Counted from the stretch's first letter, positions 9,861 through 21,522 are shown. The stretch: 64,000 bases of DNA from an uncultured Acidimicrobiia bacterium (GCA_963714055.1 OY970227.1:2933330-2997329); one strand, 5' to 3'. Numbers and translations are program-made. The notes: a model not told the origin generated them from the letters alone.

Positions 9861-10861
9861 CCTTTCTCGAACCGGCCCGGCTGGCGCTGCTGGTCCTGCC
9901 GGTGGCGGGCCTGTTGTTCTACCTCGCCGCCCTGCAGCGGCGCGAGCAGTACGCGGTGCGGTTCACCAACCTGGCGCTGCTCGACAAGGTCGCCCCGGAG
10001 ACCCCGGGATGGCGCCGCCACCTTCCTGCTGCCGTGCTCCTGGTCGGGGTGCTCGCCCTGGTGCTGGCGGTGGCCAAGCCGGCGGTGGCCGTCGAGGTCC
10101 CCCGCGACCAGGCGACGGTGATCCTGGCCATCGACGTGTCGCTCTCCATGGACGCCGCCGACGTCGCCCCGTCTCGCATCGAGGCAGCCCGGGAGGCGGC
10201 GCGCAACTTCCTCGAGCTGGCGCCGCCGGAGTTGGAGGTGGGGATCGTCGCCTTCGCCGGCTCGGCGGCAGCGGTTCTGCCGCCCACCGTCGACCGCGAT
10301 GCCGCCGAGCGGGCCATCGAGCGGCTCCAGCTCGGCGAGGGCACCGCCATCGGCGAGGGGATCTACGCCTCGGTGGACATGGCGCTGGCACACCGGGCAG
10401 TAGTGTCAGATGACCCGGCTGAGGGTGACGAAGGGGCGACCGAGGACGATCCCGAGGAGGGCGAGGAGGAGACTCCTGCCGAGGCGATCATCGTGCTCTC
10501 CGACGGCGAGACCACGATGGGCCGTCCCGACGCCGACGCCGCCGCGGAAGCCGCAGACGCCGGCATCCCGGTGTCCACCATCTCGTTCGGCACCGCCGAC
10601 GGCGTCGTCTTCATCCAGGGTGAAGAGATCCCGGTGCCTCCCAACGAGGAGGCGCTCGAGGAGATCGCCACCACCACCGACGGCACCGCTTTCACCGCCG
10701 CCACCGCCGGCGAGCTGCAGTCGATCCTCGACACCGTGGGCAGCCAGGTGGCGGTCGAGGAGGAGCAGCGGGAGGTCACCGACTGGTTCGCCGGCGCCGG
10801 CCTCGCCCTCGTCCTGCTCGCCGGCGCAGGCTCACTCCTCTGGTTCTCTCGCCTGCCGTAG
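9857..10861 (+). CDS. Membrane-anchored VWA domain protein (BatA-like)
   Basis: ATGA overlap. N-terminal TM. MIDAS-containing VILAIDVSLSMDA...SDGETT. C-terminal TM. Confidence 0.75.
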   Translation: MTFLEPARLALLVLPVAGLLFYLAALQRREQYAVRFTNLALLDKVAPETPGWRRHLPAAVLLVGVLALVLAVAKPAVAVEVPRDQATVILAIDVSLSMDAADVAPSRIEAAREAARNFLELAPPELEVGIVAFAGSAAAVLPPTVDRDAAERAIERLQLGEGTAIGEGIYASVDMALAHRAVVSDDPAEGDEGATEDDPEEGEEETPAEAIIVLSDGETTMGRPDADAAAEAADAGIPVSTISFGTADGVVFIQGEEIPVPPNEEALEEIATTTDGTAFTAATAGELQSILDTVGSQVAVEEEQREVTDWFAGAGLALVLLAGAGSLLWFSRLP

Positions 10862-10945
10862 GAGGTGCGCCTCCGGCGCAGCTCCTACGGCGAACCTGAG
10901 GTTCCTACGTACCGTCTCGGTACCTCAGAACCTCAGGTTCAGCGG
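10861..10945. terminator. Hairpin and inverted-repeat cluster between the convergent VWA and aceA genes; likely bidirectional terminator
   Basis: Hairpin GGAGGtgcgCCTCC at 10861-10874. Extended imperfect inverted repeat at 10892-10940 that contains two copies of the palindrome GAACCT-N-AGGTTC. Confidence 0.4.
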
Positions 10946-10951
10946 TGACTC

Positions 10952-12231
10952 TCAGAACTGGGCCTGCTCGGTCGATCCTTCGAGGGCGAGCGTGGAGGCG
11001 GTTCCGCCGGAGATGACGCCGGCGACGTCGTCGAAATAGCCGGCGCCCACCTCGCGCTGGTGACGGGTGGCGGTGTAGCCGGCACCCTCCATGGCGAACT
11101 CGCGCTCCTGTAGGGCGACGTAGGCGGTCATCCCCTCGGTGGCGTAGCCCCTGGCCAGCTCGAACATGGCGGCGTTGAGGGCGTGGAACCCTGCCAGCGT
11201 GATGAACTGGAACCGGTAGCCCATTGCCCCCAGCTCCTTCTGGAACCGGGCGATGGTGGTGTCGTCCAGGTGCCGTCTCCAGTTGAACGACGGCGAGCAG
11301 TTGTACGCCAGCATCTTCCCGGGGTGGCGCTCGTGGATGGCGGCGGCGAACAGCTCCGCCTCATCGAGGTCCGGCGTCGAGGTCTCGCACCAGATGAGGT
11401 CGGAGTACGGGGCATACGCCACACCGCGGGCGATGGCGGCGTCGATGCCGTTCCGGACGTGGAAGAACCCCTCTGCGGTCCGCTCGCCGGTGACGAACGG
11501 CCGGTCGGCGTCGTCGACGTCGCTGGTGAGGAGCGTCGCCCCCAGCGAGTCGGTGCGGGCGATCACCAGTGTGGGCACCGCCGCCACGTCGGCGGCGATG
11601 CGGGCAGCCTTCAGGGTGCGGACGTGCTGGCTGGTGGGCACCAGCACCTTCCCGCCCATGTGGCCGCACTTCTTCTCGGAGGCCATCTGGTCCTCGAGGT
11701 GGACGGCGGCGGCGCCTGCCTCGATGTACGCCCTGGTGAGCTCGTAGACGTTGAGCGCCCCTCCGAAGCCGGCCTCGGCGTCGGCGACGATGGGGAGGAG
11801 GTGTTCGGCGTCCTCGCCCTCACCCCAGGCGATCTGGTCGGCGCGGAGCAGGGCGTTGTTGATCCGGCGGACAAGCTCGGGCCCGCTGTTGGCCGGGTAC
11901 AACGACTGGTCGGGGTAGACCTGGCCGGCGGTGTTGGCGTCTCCGGCCACCTGCCAACCGGAGAGGTAGATCGCCTCCAGCCCGGCCTTGGCCATCTGCA
12001 CCGCCTGGCCGCCGCTCAAGGCACCGAGCGCCGGCACGTAGTCGCGCTCGGCGAGCAGCCGCCACAGCTTCTCGGCGCCGCCTCGCGCCAGCGTGTGGTC
12101 GACGACGGTCGGGCCCTGGAGGCGGACGACGTCGGCGGCGGAGTGGTCACGGGTGACTCCGTCCCATCGGGGATTCGAGGCCCATTCGGCCTCGAGGGCG
12201 GCCACCCGGCCGGCCCGGTGGTGGTTCTGGC

Positions 12232-12235
<4 letters not shown>
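10952..12235 (-). CDS. aceA: Isocitrate lyase
   Basis: [24 protein letters not shown]...[10 protein letters not shown]...[14 protein letters not shown] is canonical ICL. ATG 12235..12233 overlaps the aceB stop (ATGA). The N-terminal 325 aa of the 753-aa ORF are GC-rich junk. Confidence 0.9.
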
Positions 12236-13911
<1,676 letters not shown>

Positions 13912-13937
13912 GGACAGGGTCGCGAAGATCACAAGGC

Positions 13938-13978
13938 CTTGCAAGCCGCTGACCACGCAATATCATGTGAAGTTCACA
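13938..13978. promoter_or_regulatory. Palindromic candidate operator sites in the divergent aceB / ramB intergenic region
   Basis: CTTGCAAG at 13938-13945 has a TTGCAA core like corynebacterial RamB boxes. Perfect 13-bp palindrome TGTGAAGTTCACA at 13966-13978. Confidence 0.35.
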
Positions 13979-13992
13979 GGACGTTGAGAAGG

Positions 13993-15471
13993 GTGCAGGT
14001 TGTGACCGGTCGAGCGACGACGGCACAGACGGTCGACGGGGCGACCCTGGGGCACCGGATCCGCCATTTCCGCAAGCTGCGGGGAATGACCCTCGACGAG
14101 CTCGGGCAGCGGATCGGCAAGACGGCCCCGTTCCTGTCGATGCTGGAGAACGGCAAGCGGGAGCCCCGCCTCGGGCTGCTCAACGACATCGCCGCCGCTC
14201 TCGACGTCGACACGGTGGAGCTGATGAGCCCGCAGCCGCCCACCCGGCGAGCCGAGCTGGAGCTGGCGCTCACCGGCGCCCAGGACGACCCGTTGTACGC
14301 CGGGTTGGGCCTGCCCCGCCTCCGCCCGTCGGCCAAGGTCCCCGACCTCGTGCTGGAGCACCTGGTCGGGCTGTACCGGGAGCTGCGGCGCCGCGTGTTC
14401 CCCACGGTGGCCACCCGTGAGGAAGCTCGCATCGCCAACGCCGAGCTCCGCGCCGAGATGCGGGAACGGGGCAACTACTTCGCCGAGATCGAGCAGGTCG
14501 CCGCCGGCCTGGTCACCAGGGTCGGGTACCGGGGCGCCGCCCTCACCGAGGGCGACATGCGCGAGATCGCCGCCGCCCTCGGCTTCACCGTGCACCGGTC
14601 GCAGAACGTGCCGTCGACGGTGCGCTCGGTCACCGACCTGCGCCACCGGGTGATCCACATCCCGCAACGAGACGCCATGCCGACCGCCGGGGCCCGCTCG
14701 GTGATCATGCAGACGCTCGGCCACTTCGCCCTCGAGCACCGCGACCCGGTCGACTTCGCCGACTTCCTCCGCCAGCGGGTGGAGGCCAACTACTTCGCCG
14801 GGGCGGTGCTGCTCCCCGAGGTGGCGGCGGTGCCGCTGCTCGACCAGGCCAAGGCGGAGCGCGACCTGGCCATCGAGGACCTGCGCGATGCCTTCTCGGT
14901 CTCGTACGAGATGGCGGCGCACCGCTTCACCAACCTGGCCACCGAGCACCTCGGGTTGCGGACCCACTTCGTCCGCTCCGACGAGGCCGGGATCATCTGG
15001 AAGGCGTACGAGAACAACGACGTCCCGTTCCCGCGCAACTCGGTGGGTGCCATCGAAGGTCAGCGGCTGTGCCGGGAGTGGGGAACCCGGCAGGTGTTCG
15101 AGTCCGACGACAAGTACTCGATGCACTACCAGTACACCGACACCGCCGGCGGCACCTACTGGTGCGGCACCCACGTCGAAGCGGCGAGGGAGCCGGTGGC
15201 GGCGATCACCGTGGGAGTCGGGTTCGACGACGCCCAGTTCTTCCGGGGCAGGCAGACCAACCGCCACTCGGTCTCCAACTGCCCCGACGGCGACTGTTGC
15301 CGGCGTCCCCCTCCCGACCTGGCCGAGCGCTGGGAGGGGTGGGCGTGGTCGTCGGTGCGGCCCAACAGCCACGTCCTCGCCGCCATGCCGGTGGAGACCG
15401 TCCCCGGTGTCGACGTCACCGAGATCTACGAGTTCCTCGACCGCCACACTGGTGAACAAGTGAGCGAGTGA
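13993..15471 (+). CDS. ramB: RamB/ScfR-family transcriptional regulator (XRE HTH + DUF2083 metallopeptidase-like domain)
   Basis: HTH LGHRIRHFRKLRGMTLDELGQRIGKTAPFLSMLENGKR followed by a long C-terminal domain. Divergent from aceB-aceA, as RamB is divergent from icl1 in mycobacteria. The N-terminal part of the 1018-aa ORF is an artefact. Confidence 0.7.
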   Translation: MQVVTGRATTAQTVDGATLGHRIRHFRKLRGMTLDELGQRIGKTAPFLSMLENGKREPRLGLLNDIAAALDVDTVELMSPQPPTRRAELELALTGAQDDPLYAGLGLPRLRPSAKVPDLVLEHLVGLYRELRRRVFPTVATREEARIANAELRAEMRERGNYFAEIEQVAAGLVTRVGYRGAALTEGDMREIAAALGFTVHRSQNVPSTVRSVTDLRHRVIHIPQRDAMPTAGARSVIMQTLGHFALEHRDPVDFADFLRQRVEANYFAGAVLLPEVAAVPLLDQAKAERDLAIEDLRDAFSVSYEMAAHRFTNLATEHLGLRTHFVRSDEAGIIWKAYENNDVPFPRNSVGAIEGQRLCREWGTRQVFESDDKYSMHYQYTDTAGGTYWCGTHVEAAREPVAAITVGVGFDDAQFFRGRQTNRHSVSNCPDGDCCRRPPPDLAERWEGWAWSSVRPNSHVLAAMPVETVPGVDVTEIYEFLDRHTGEQVSE

Positions 15472-15472
15472 C

Positions 15473-15489
15473 GACGCCTTGGCGGCGTC
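15473..15489 (+). terminator. Short terminator-like hairpin right after the ramB stop
   Basis: TGA then cGACGCCttggcGGCGTCag. Confidence 0.3.
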
Positions 15490-15632
15490 AGTCGCACATG
15501 GGTTTTCATGCGCCCAAGCCCTGGGCGTATGGGTCCGGCCAGGCGGCGAGGGTCACGGCCCCCCGGGCTGGACTTCAACCTCCGGTGGCTGCGTAGAGCC
15601 GCCAGGTGCCGGGCACGCCGCGCAGCTCCACC

Positions 15633-16901
15633 TCACCGCGTGGCTCGAACTCGAGCTCGGAGCCGACGACGAGGTCTCGCACCGTGCTCGACACCAGGAC
15701 CTCGCCGGGCGCCGCCGCGCTCTCGATGCGGGCGCCGATGTGGACCCCGATGCCGGCGAGGTTCCCGTCGGTGATCTCCACCTCGCCGGTGTGGATCCCC
15801 ACGCGTACCTCGATGCCCAGGCCGCGCATCGCCGCCGACACGGCCACAGCCTGCCCGGACGGCGCGGGCGGGCCCGTCGAAGCGCGCCAGGGTTCCGTCA
15901 CCGGCCGTCGCCACCTCCTGGCCTCCGAAACGGGCGGTCTCCTTGCGGACCAGCTGGCGGTGCCGCTCGAGCAGCTCACGCCATCGGCGATCGCCGAGCC
16001 TCGCCGCCAGCCCGGTCGAGCCCACGATGTCGGTGAACACCACGGTGGAGAGCACCCGATCGGGCGTTGGCCCGGACCGCACCCCGGTGAGGAATTCCTC
16101 CACCTCGTCGACGATCTGGTCAGGGTCGATCCAGGGGAGGTGGTCGTCGCCGTCCAGCTCGACGAACCGGGATCCGGCGATGTGCGCCGCGATGTACCGC
16201 CCCTCGTCGACGTGGGCGTCGGCGTCGCCGACCCGGTGCAGCACCAGCGTGGGCACCTGGATCGTCGGGAGCACCCGACGGACGTCGATGCTGCTGTTCA
16301 TGAGGATCAGGTCGCGGGCGGCACCCGGGCTGGCCGAGGCGCGGGCCCGAGCCGACCACCACCGGGTGAGGGCGGCGTCGGCCGAAGGGGCGATGGTCGA
16401 GATGTCGCTCTCGGCGCCCCAGACGCTCTCGATCCTGGCGGCCTCGGCCGTCCGGTTGGCCCGGGTCGGTGCCCAGGGATAGTCGTCGTCCGGGTCGACC
16501 CGCTTGGCGTAGGACCCGTAGAGGACGAGGGCGGAGGTCCGGTCCGGATAGGTGGCGGTGAATAGGACCGACATGGGACCGCCCTCGGAGTAGCCGAACA
16601 GAGCGGCTCGCTCGCTGCCGACCGCATCCATGACGGCGCGGACATCGTCCATCCGGGTCTCCAGGTCGGGCAGGCCACCCGGGCGGTCGGACAGCCCCGT
16701 GCCCCTCTTGTCGAACCTGATCAACCGGGCGAACGAGCCGAGCCGGTCGAGGAAGTGGGCCGATCTCGGCTCCTCCCAGTCGACCTCGAGGTGGGAGACG
16801 AACCCGGGCACCAGCACGAGGTCGATGGGGCCGCCGCCGGTGACCTGATAGGCGATGTTGACCCCGGCGCTCCTGGCGTAGCCGACCTCGATGTCGGTCA
16901 T
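15633..16901 (-). CDS. LipJ-like alpha/beta-hydrolase fused to a class III adenylate/guanylate cyclase domain; frameshifted in this assembly
   Basis: Hydrolase N-terminus [18 protein letters not shown]...[10 protein letters not shown]. Cyclase start [12 protein letters not shown]...[21 protein letters not shown]. The rest of the cyclase domain ([25 protein letters not shown]...GVHIGARIE) is in the frame of ORF 15575..15979. A 1-nt shift lies near 15845-15865. Confidence 0.6.
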   Translation of the reverse strand: MTDIEVGYARSAGVNIAYQVTGGGPIDLVLVPGFVSHLEVDWEEPRSAHFLDRLGSFARLIRFDKRGTGLSDRPGGLPDLETRMDDVRAVMDAVGSERAALFGYSEGGPMSVLFTATYPDRTSALVLYGSYAKRVDPDDDYPWAPTRANRTAEAARIESVWGAESDISTIAPSADAALTRWWSARARASASPGAARDLILMNSSIDVRRVLPTIQVPTLVLHRVGDADAHVDEGRYIAAHIAGSRFVELDGDDHLPWIDPDQIVDEVEEFLTGVRSGPTPDRVLSTVVFTDIVGSTGLAARLGDRRWRELLERHRQLVRKETARFGGQEVATAGDGTLARFDGPARAVRAGCGRVGGDARPGHRGTRGDPHRRGGDHRREPRRHRGPHRRPHRERGGARRGPGVEHGARPRRRLRARVRATR

Positions 16902-16922
16902 CCCCTGCGACAGGTCCCCGGC

Positions 16923-17372
16923 CTAGTCGGTGCGGTCGTCGGGTGGCGTTTCCGTGTCGAGGGCGAGCGCCGCCGAGTTCATGCAGTAGCGGAGCCCGGT
17001 GGGCCGGGGGCCGTCCTTGAACACGTGGCCGAGATGGGCGCCGCAGTTGGAGCACACCACCTCGGTCCGGGGCATGAACAGCTTGAAGTCGGTGTGGGTG
17101 TCCACCGCCGAGGGATCGACCGGCTCGAAGAACGAGGGCCAGCCGGTGCCCGAGTCGTACTTGGTCTCGGACGAGAACAGAGGCTCGCCGCACACGATGC
17201 ACCGGTAGACGCCCGGCGTCTTGGCGTCCCAGTACACACCGGTGAATGCCGGCTCGGTGCCGGCCTCCTGGGTGACGTGGTACTGCTCTGGCGTCAGACG
17301 CTCCCGCAGCTCGGCATCGGTCGGCTTGGCGTGGGCATCGGTCATGCCCGGATCGTACCGGGACGGCGACAC
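16923..17372 (-). CDS. msrB: Peptide-methionine (R)-S-oxide reductase MsrB
   Basis: [25 protein letters not shown]...[12 protein letters not shown]: two CxxC pairs plus the catalytic Cys. The true start is possibly at MTDAHAK (17345). Confidence 0.85.
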   Translation of the reverse strand: MSPSRYDPGMTDAHAKPTDAELRERLTPEQYHVTQEAGTEPAFTGVYWDAKTPGVYRCIVCGEPLFSSETKYDSGTGWPSFFEPVDPSAVDTHTDFKLFMPRTEVVCSNCGAHLGHVFKDGPRPTGLRYCMNSAALALDTETPPDDRTD

Positions 17373-17384
17373 CGCGACGACGGG

Positions 17385-17816
17385 TCAGCCCTGTGGCTGA
17401 TCGGAGACGACCACCTCGGGGGTCAAGCCCAGCCGGCGCGCCTCCTCGATGTCGACGATCTCCCGCCCGAACGGGGTGAGGGCGATCGGGATCAGCTTGA
17501 AGTTGGCGAGACCCAGCGGGATCCCGATGATGGTGAGGATCATGGCGACCCCGGCTATCAGGTGGGCGAGGGCGAGCCACCACCCGGCGAGGACCACCCA
17601 CACGATGTTGCCCACCACCGAGGCGACCCCGCGATCGGGACGGAGCAGCACCGTCCTCCCGAACGGCCACAGCGCGTACATCGCCAGCCGGGCGGCGGCG
17701 ATCCCGAAGGGGATGGTGAAGATCATGAGGAACATGACGAGGGCGGCCAGGCCGTAGCCCAACGCCAGCACCAACCCGCCGAACACCAGCCAGACGATGT
17801 TGAGGGCGATGCTCAC
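17385..17816 (-). CDS. YccF-like inner membrane protein (DUF307)
   Basis: 143 aa with two repeated hydrophobic halves, each containing a TIPFGIAA / IGIPLGLA motif. Confidence 0.6.
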   Translation of the reverse strand: MSIALNIVWLVFGGLVLALGYGLAALVMFLMIFTIPFGIAAARLAMYALWPFGRTVLLRPDRGVASVVGNIVWVVLAGWWLALAHLIAGVAMILTIIGIPLGLANFKLIPIALTPFGREIVDIEEARRLGLTPEVVVSDQPQG

Positions 17817-17856
17817 CGGCCTACTGCCCGGTCGAGGCGGCGACGGGCCACCGTGG

Positions 17857-19293
17857 TCAGCCTGCCGGACGGAGGAGGAACAGCCGCCGTTCGCACTCGG
17901 GGAGGGCTTCCTCGGCCTCGACGATGAACCGGTCGGCGAGGTACCGCCGCAGCGACTCCTCGTCGTAGTCCCCGTGGATCTCGTGGGGCCGCTTGTTCAC
18001 CGACAGGAGCTCGACCATCGGGTCGCCGGGGGGCACGAACTCGAGGATCACCCGGGAGTCGAGGTCGGCCAGCCAGTCGACGACTTGGCGCAGCGGCACG
18101 TTGCGCCCCACCACCAGGTGGTGGATGACGGCGAAGCAGAGGACGAGGTCGGGTGACGACCGGTCCTCCATCCGCGCCCGCTCGCCGCCTCGCCAGCCGA
18201 GCCCGGGGGACGGCGCCGAGAGATCCTGGAGCATGGGAAGGATGAGGGCGTTGCCCTCGGCATGGAGGCTGCGGTAGAAGCCGTCGAGAACCTCCTCGTC
18301 GGCGTCGACGGCGAGCACCGAAGCGGCCACCGTCGCCGCCACCCGGGAGAAGTGCCCGTCGTTGGCGCCGAGGTCCCACACCACGTTCGGACGGTGCTCG
18401 GCGAGCACCTTCTCCAGGAAGTCGGTCTTGGGACCGCGGTCACGGGAGACGTGGCTGCACTCGTCGGCGTACCGGTTCCAGGTCGACCGGCCGTGGTCCC
18501 AATGGAGGCCTGCCACGGTGGAGCGCAGCCCGCGCACGTTGCTCTGGATGAGCTCCTTCTTGAACCCGGCGGCGCGGAACTCGGAGCGGAAGTCCCTGGT
18601 GCTGTCCTTGTAGCGGCGCTCGCCCCGGGCGGGCAGGGTCACGTGGAGCAGCGTCGCCTTGTGGGCTCGGTGGCGGAGAGGGAGCATCGCCGCCATCTGC
18701 TCGGCGGTGGGTCCTTCGGCATCGCCGCGCAGCCACGGCTGGTGGGGGACTCCCACATACGCCCGCAGCATCAGCGGGTAGAGGTACTGGCGGAGGAACT
18801 GCCGGTAGCCCACCCAGATGTCGCCCGGCTCGAGCGGCTCGAACGACCCGACGTCGATGAACACCGGCCTGGCGCCGACGAACTGCACGTTGTACGGCGT
18901 CGAGTCCTTCAGGATCATGTCCTCCGCCAGGGCGGCCTCGAGGAGGTCGAGCTGCAGGAGTGCTGCGTCACGCAGCATGGAGAACGTCCACTCGTATGGG
19001 TACGAGATGATCGGGATCCTCCGGTGGTGGAGCACCCCGGCCCACCCTCCCGGCGGCGCTCCCGCCGGTGTCGGGACGCCGGCGGCCGGCTCGGTGTCGA
19101 CCACGTTGCCCCGGACCAGTTGCTCGCCGAAGAAGCGGGAGCTGCTCAACGCCTCCCAGGCGTCGAGGTTTCGCTTGTCGAGTGCCCGGTAGACCTCCCC
19201 GTCCACGGTGAAGACCCGGTTGCCCGGGTCGCGGAACGACCCCGGGTCGATTCGGGCTCCGGACGCGGCCGGATGCTCGACGGGGGTGGTCAC
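17857..19293 (-). CDS. Class I SAM-dependent methyltransferase (two-domain); start uncertain
   Basis: Motif I VVWDLGANDGHFS; post-I DLVLCFAVIHHLV. The annotated N-terminal 55 aa are P/S-rich low complexity and overlap the upstream small gene, so GTG 19293 is proposed as the start. Confidence 0.5.
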   Translation of the reverse strand: MTTPVEHPAASGARIDPGSFRDPGNRVFTVDGEVYRALDKRNLDAWEALSSSRFFGEQLVRGNVVDTEPAAGVPTPAGAPPGGWAGVLHHRRIPIISYPYEWTFSMLRDAALLQLDLLEAALAEDMILKDSTPYNVQFVGARPVFIDVGSFEPLEPGDIWVGYRQFLRQYLYPLMLRAYVGVPHQPWLRGDAEGPTAEQMAAMLPLRHRAHKATLLHVTLPARGERRYKDSTRDFRSEFRAAGFKKELIQSNVRGLRSTVAGLHWDHGRSTWNRYADECSHVSRDRGPKTDFLEKVLAEHRPNVVWDLGANDGHFSRVAATVAASVLAVDADEEVLDGFYRSLHAEGNALILPMLQDLSAPSPGLGWRGGERARMEDRSSPDLVLCFAVIHHLVVGRNVPLRQVVDWLADLDSRVILEFVPPGDPMVELLSVNKRPHEIHGDYDEESLRRYLADRFIVEAEEALPECERRLFLLRPAG

Positions 19294-19324
19294 GGGTGCT
19301 CCGGCGGTGACCGGCGTCTCGGCG

Positions 19325-19519
19325 CTACTCGGGCTTGGTGGCGGCGTCGATCTCGGCGGGCTCGGCGGCGGCCGGCTCGTCGACGGGCACGTCCTGCTTG
19401 CGCTTGAAGATCTGCTTGCCCTTCGCCTTGAAGAGGATGGCGACGCCGGCGGCACCGCCGATCACGGCCTGGGCGATGAAACTGCCGGTGCCGGGGTCGA
19501 GATATGCGATGAGCTTCAC
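19325..19519 (-). CDS. Small membrane-anchored protein (64 aa), function unknown
   Basis: GTG 19519 preceded by GGAGG. One TM (FIAQAVIGGAAGVAILF) followed by a Lys-rich then acidic tail. First gene of the minus-strand operon. Confidence 0.4.
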   Translation of the reverse strand: MKLIAYLDPGTGSFIAQAVIGGAAGVAILFKAKGKQIFKRKQDVPVDEPAAAEPAEIDAATKPE

Positions 19520-19710
19520 GGTGCCTCCGTCGGGGGCTGGGGGTATACGCCTGATGATCCGAATGAGCAGGTGATCTGGTGGACGGGCTTCCGTCCCTGG
19601 GCAGTGTACCCGCACGTGGCGTGAAGGTGACTCCACGGTGACTACCTTGCCCCGTCGGACCCGGGGTGATTCAATGCCACCCGAGCGGAGAGCACCGGAG
19701 GTAGCCGCCA

Positions 19711-20160
19711 ATGCGCAACGTCCTGCTGGTCATCCACATCGCGGCCGCCGGGATCTGGCTGGGGGCATCGGTGACCCAGATGGTGGTGGCGCCGATGCTC
19801 ACCCGGCAGTCCGGCGAGGTGGCGGCGGCCTGGATGACCGCATCGATGAACCTCGCCAAGCGGTTGTATCCGGTCGCCGGTGTGGTGATCCTCGCCGCCG
19901 GCATCGGCCTGGTGCTGGTGTCGGACGTTTATGGATTCGCCGATGTGTTCGTCGGCATCGGGATCGTGGTGATCATCCTGGCGGGCATCCTCGGCGGCCG
20001 GGTGTTCGGTCCGGCGGCGGCGCAGGCGGCAGACGCCTACCGTTCTGGCGACACCACAGCCGGGCGAGCGGCGAGCGTCAAGATCGCCCGCTTCGGGATC
20101 CTGGATGTCGTCCTGCTGCTGGTCGCCACCACCGCCATGGTTGCCAAGTGGGGAGTGTGA
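19711..20160 (+). CDS. Membrane protein, 4 TM (DUF2269-like)
   Basis: RBS GGAGG, ATG 19711; hydrophobic throughout. Confidence 0.5.
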   Translation: MRNVLLVIHIAAAGIWLGASVTQMVVAPMLTRQSGEVAAAWMTASMNLAKRLYPVAGVVILAAGIGLVLVSDVYGFADVFVGIGIVVIILAGILGGRVFGPAAAQAADAYRSGDTTAGRAASVKIARFGILDVVLLLVATTAMVAKWGV

Positions 20161-20597
20161 CCGGGCTGACCCCCTCGGTTGCCGTCGAGGTTCCACTCCT
20201 CGGGGACGACCGCGGCAAGAACTGGGCGAAGGTGGTCACCAACGTCGACCCTTCGCTCGCCAGCGGCTGGGCCTACGAGGGCGAGTTCATCGCCTCGGGC
20301 GGCGTCCAGGACGTGCCGGTCGGGTCGGTGCTGCTCGTGTACGGGGAGCGGGGGAGCCGCGACCGGCCGGTGATCGCCGCCAAGGTGTTCACCGCCAACG
20401 GCGACGGCACCCTCACCGCCGAGGCGGAGGCGTCGGGCCGGGCCTGGGCCCGCACCCTGCGCGACCGAGTGGAGGACCTGCTGTCGGAACAGCTCGGCAT
20501 CGCCGGGGACGGCGGCCTGCCATGGTCGCCTGACCTGATGGCCTGGAGCGACCAGGCGATCCTCGACGAGCTGGCCCGTCGCGGCCTGTCGACGTGA
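20157..20597 (+). CDS. Hypothetical protein (146 aa), translationally coupled to the membrane protein
   Basis: GTGA overlap at 20157-20160; ORF has no recognisable motif. Confidence 0.4.
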   Translation: MTGLTPSVAVEVPLLGDDRGKNWAKVVTNVDPSLASGWAYEGEFIASGGVQDVPVGSVLLVYGERGSRDRPVIAAKVFTANGDGTLTAEAEASGRAWARTLRDRVEDLLSEQLGIAGDGGLPWSPDLMAWSDQAILDELARRGLST

Positions 20598-20730
20598 GGC
20601 CATGGTTCGCCCCGTGCCGGGACGAGGCACCCGACGAGAGGCCGGCGTGGCGCCAAGAAGGATCACGTGCGGTTTCGGTGCCGCCGAACGTCGGTATCTC
20701 GGGGACAGCGGTCGGATGGGCGGGTGACCT

Positions 20731-21522
20731 GTGCCAGTGATCGAGGTGCGGGGTGTCGAGCTGCTCTACACCGATGCCGGGTCGGGGCCGGTGGCGTTGT
20801 TCGTCCACGGGTTCCCGCTCGACGGGACGGTGTGGACCGAGCAGGTGGAGCGGCTCAGCGGGGAAGGGCGCCGCTGCGTCGTCCCCGACCTGGCCGGCTT
20901 CGGGCGCTCGGCGCCGGTGGTCACCGCTTCGCTCGACATGGAGCGCCACGCCGACGACCTCGCCGGGTTGCTCGACGCCCTCGGTGTCGACCGGGTCGAC
21001 CTGGTGGGGCTGTCCATGGGCGGCTACGTCGCCCTCGCCTTCGCCGAGCGCCACCCCGGGAGGCTGCGGACGATGGCGCTGGTCGACACCAAGGCGACCG
21101 CCGACACTCCGGAGGGCAAGGCGGGGAGGGACGCCGCCGTAGCCCGGCTGATCGACGGGGGTCGGGCGGCGTTCGCCGCCGAGATGGCAACGGTGCTTCT
21201 CGGGCCCGACGCCGGGCCGATGCTCCATGCCCGGGTCCGGCAGATGATCGAGTCGACCCGCTACGAGACGATCGTCGCCGCCCTGGTCGGGTTGCGCGAC
21301 CGGGGCGACCGCACCGCCGTCCTGGCGGGGAGCATGGTGCCGGTGGCGGTGGTGGTCGGGGAACACGACGGCGTCACCCCACCGGCTGCCGCCGAGGCGA
21401 TGGTGGCGCTGCGCAAGGAGGCGACGCTCCATGTCGTCCCCGGTGTCGGCCACCTGACCCCCATCGAGGCACCGGACGCGGTGGCAGGGGTTCTGCAGGG
21501 GGTCTTCGACCGAGGGGCCTGA
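20731..21522 (+). CDS. Alpha/beta hydrolase fold protein
   Basis: HGFPLDGTVW...GLSMGGYVA nucleophile elbow...GEHDGVTP. Confidence 0.75.
   Translation: MPVIEVRGVELLYTDAGSGPVALFVHGFPLDGTVWTEQVERLSGEGRRCVVPDLAGFGRSAPVVTASLDMERHADDLAGLLDALGVDRVDLVGLSMGGYVALAFAERHPGRLRTMALVDTKATADTPEGKAGRDAAVARLIDGGRAAFAAEMATVLLGPDAGPMLHARVRQMIESTRYETIVAALVGLRDRGDRTAVLAGSMVPVAVVVGEHDGVTPPAAAEAMVALRKEATLHVVPGVGHLTPIEAPDAVAGVLQGVFDRGA

Noticed and set aside
7834-10861. The MoxR-DUF58-VWA cluster itself as a novel system.
   Set aside because: This three-gene arrangement is widespread in Actinobacteria. Only its coupling to the protease and two-component system is unusual; that is reported separately.
13966-13978. 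A CRP/GlxR binding site for TGTGAAGTTCACA.
   Set aside because: The half-sites match TGTGA/TCACA but the spacer is 3 nt rather than 6. It is kept only as a generic palindromic operator candidate.
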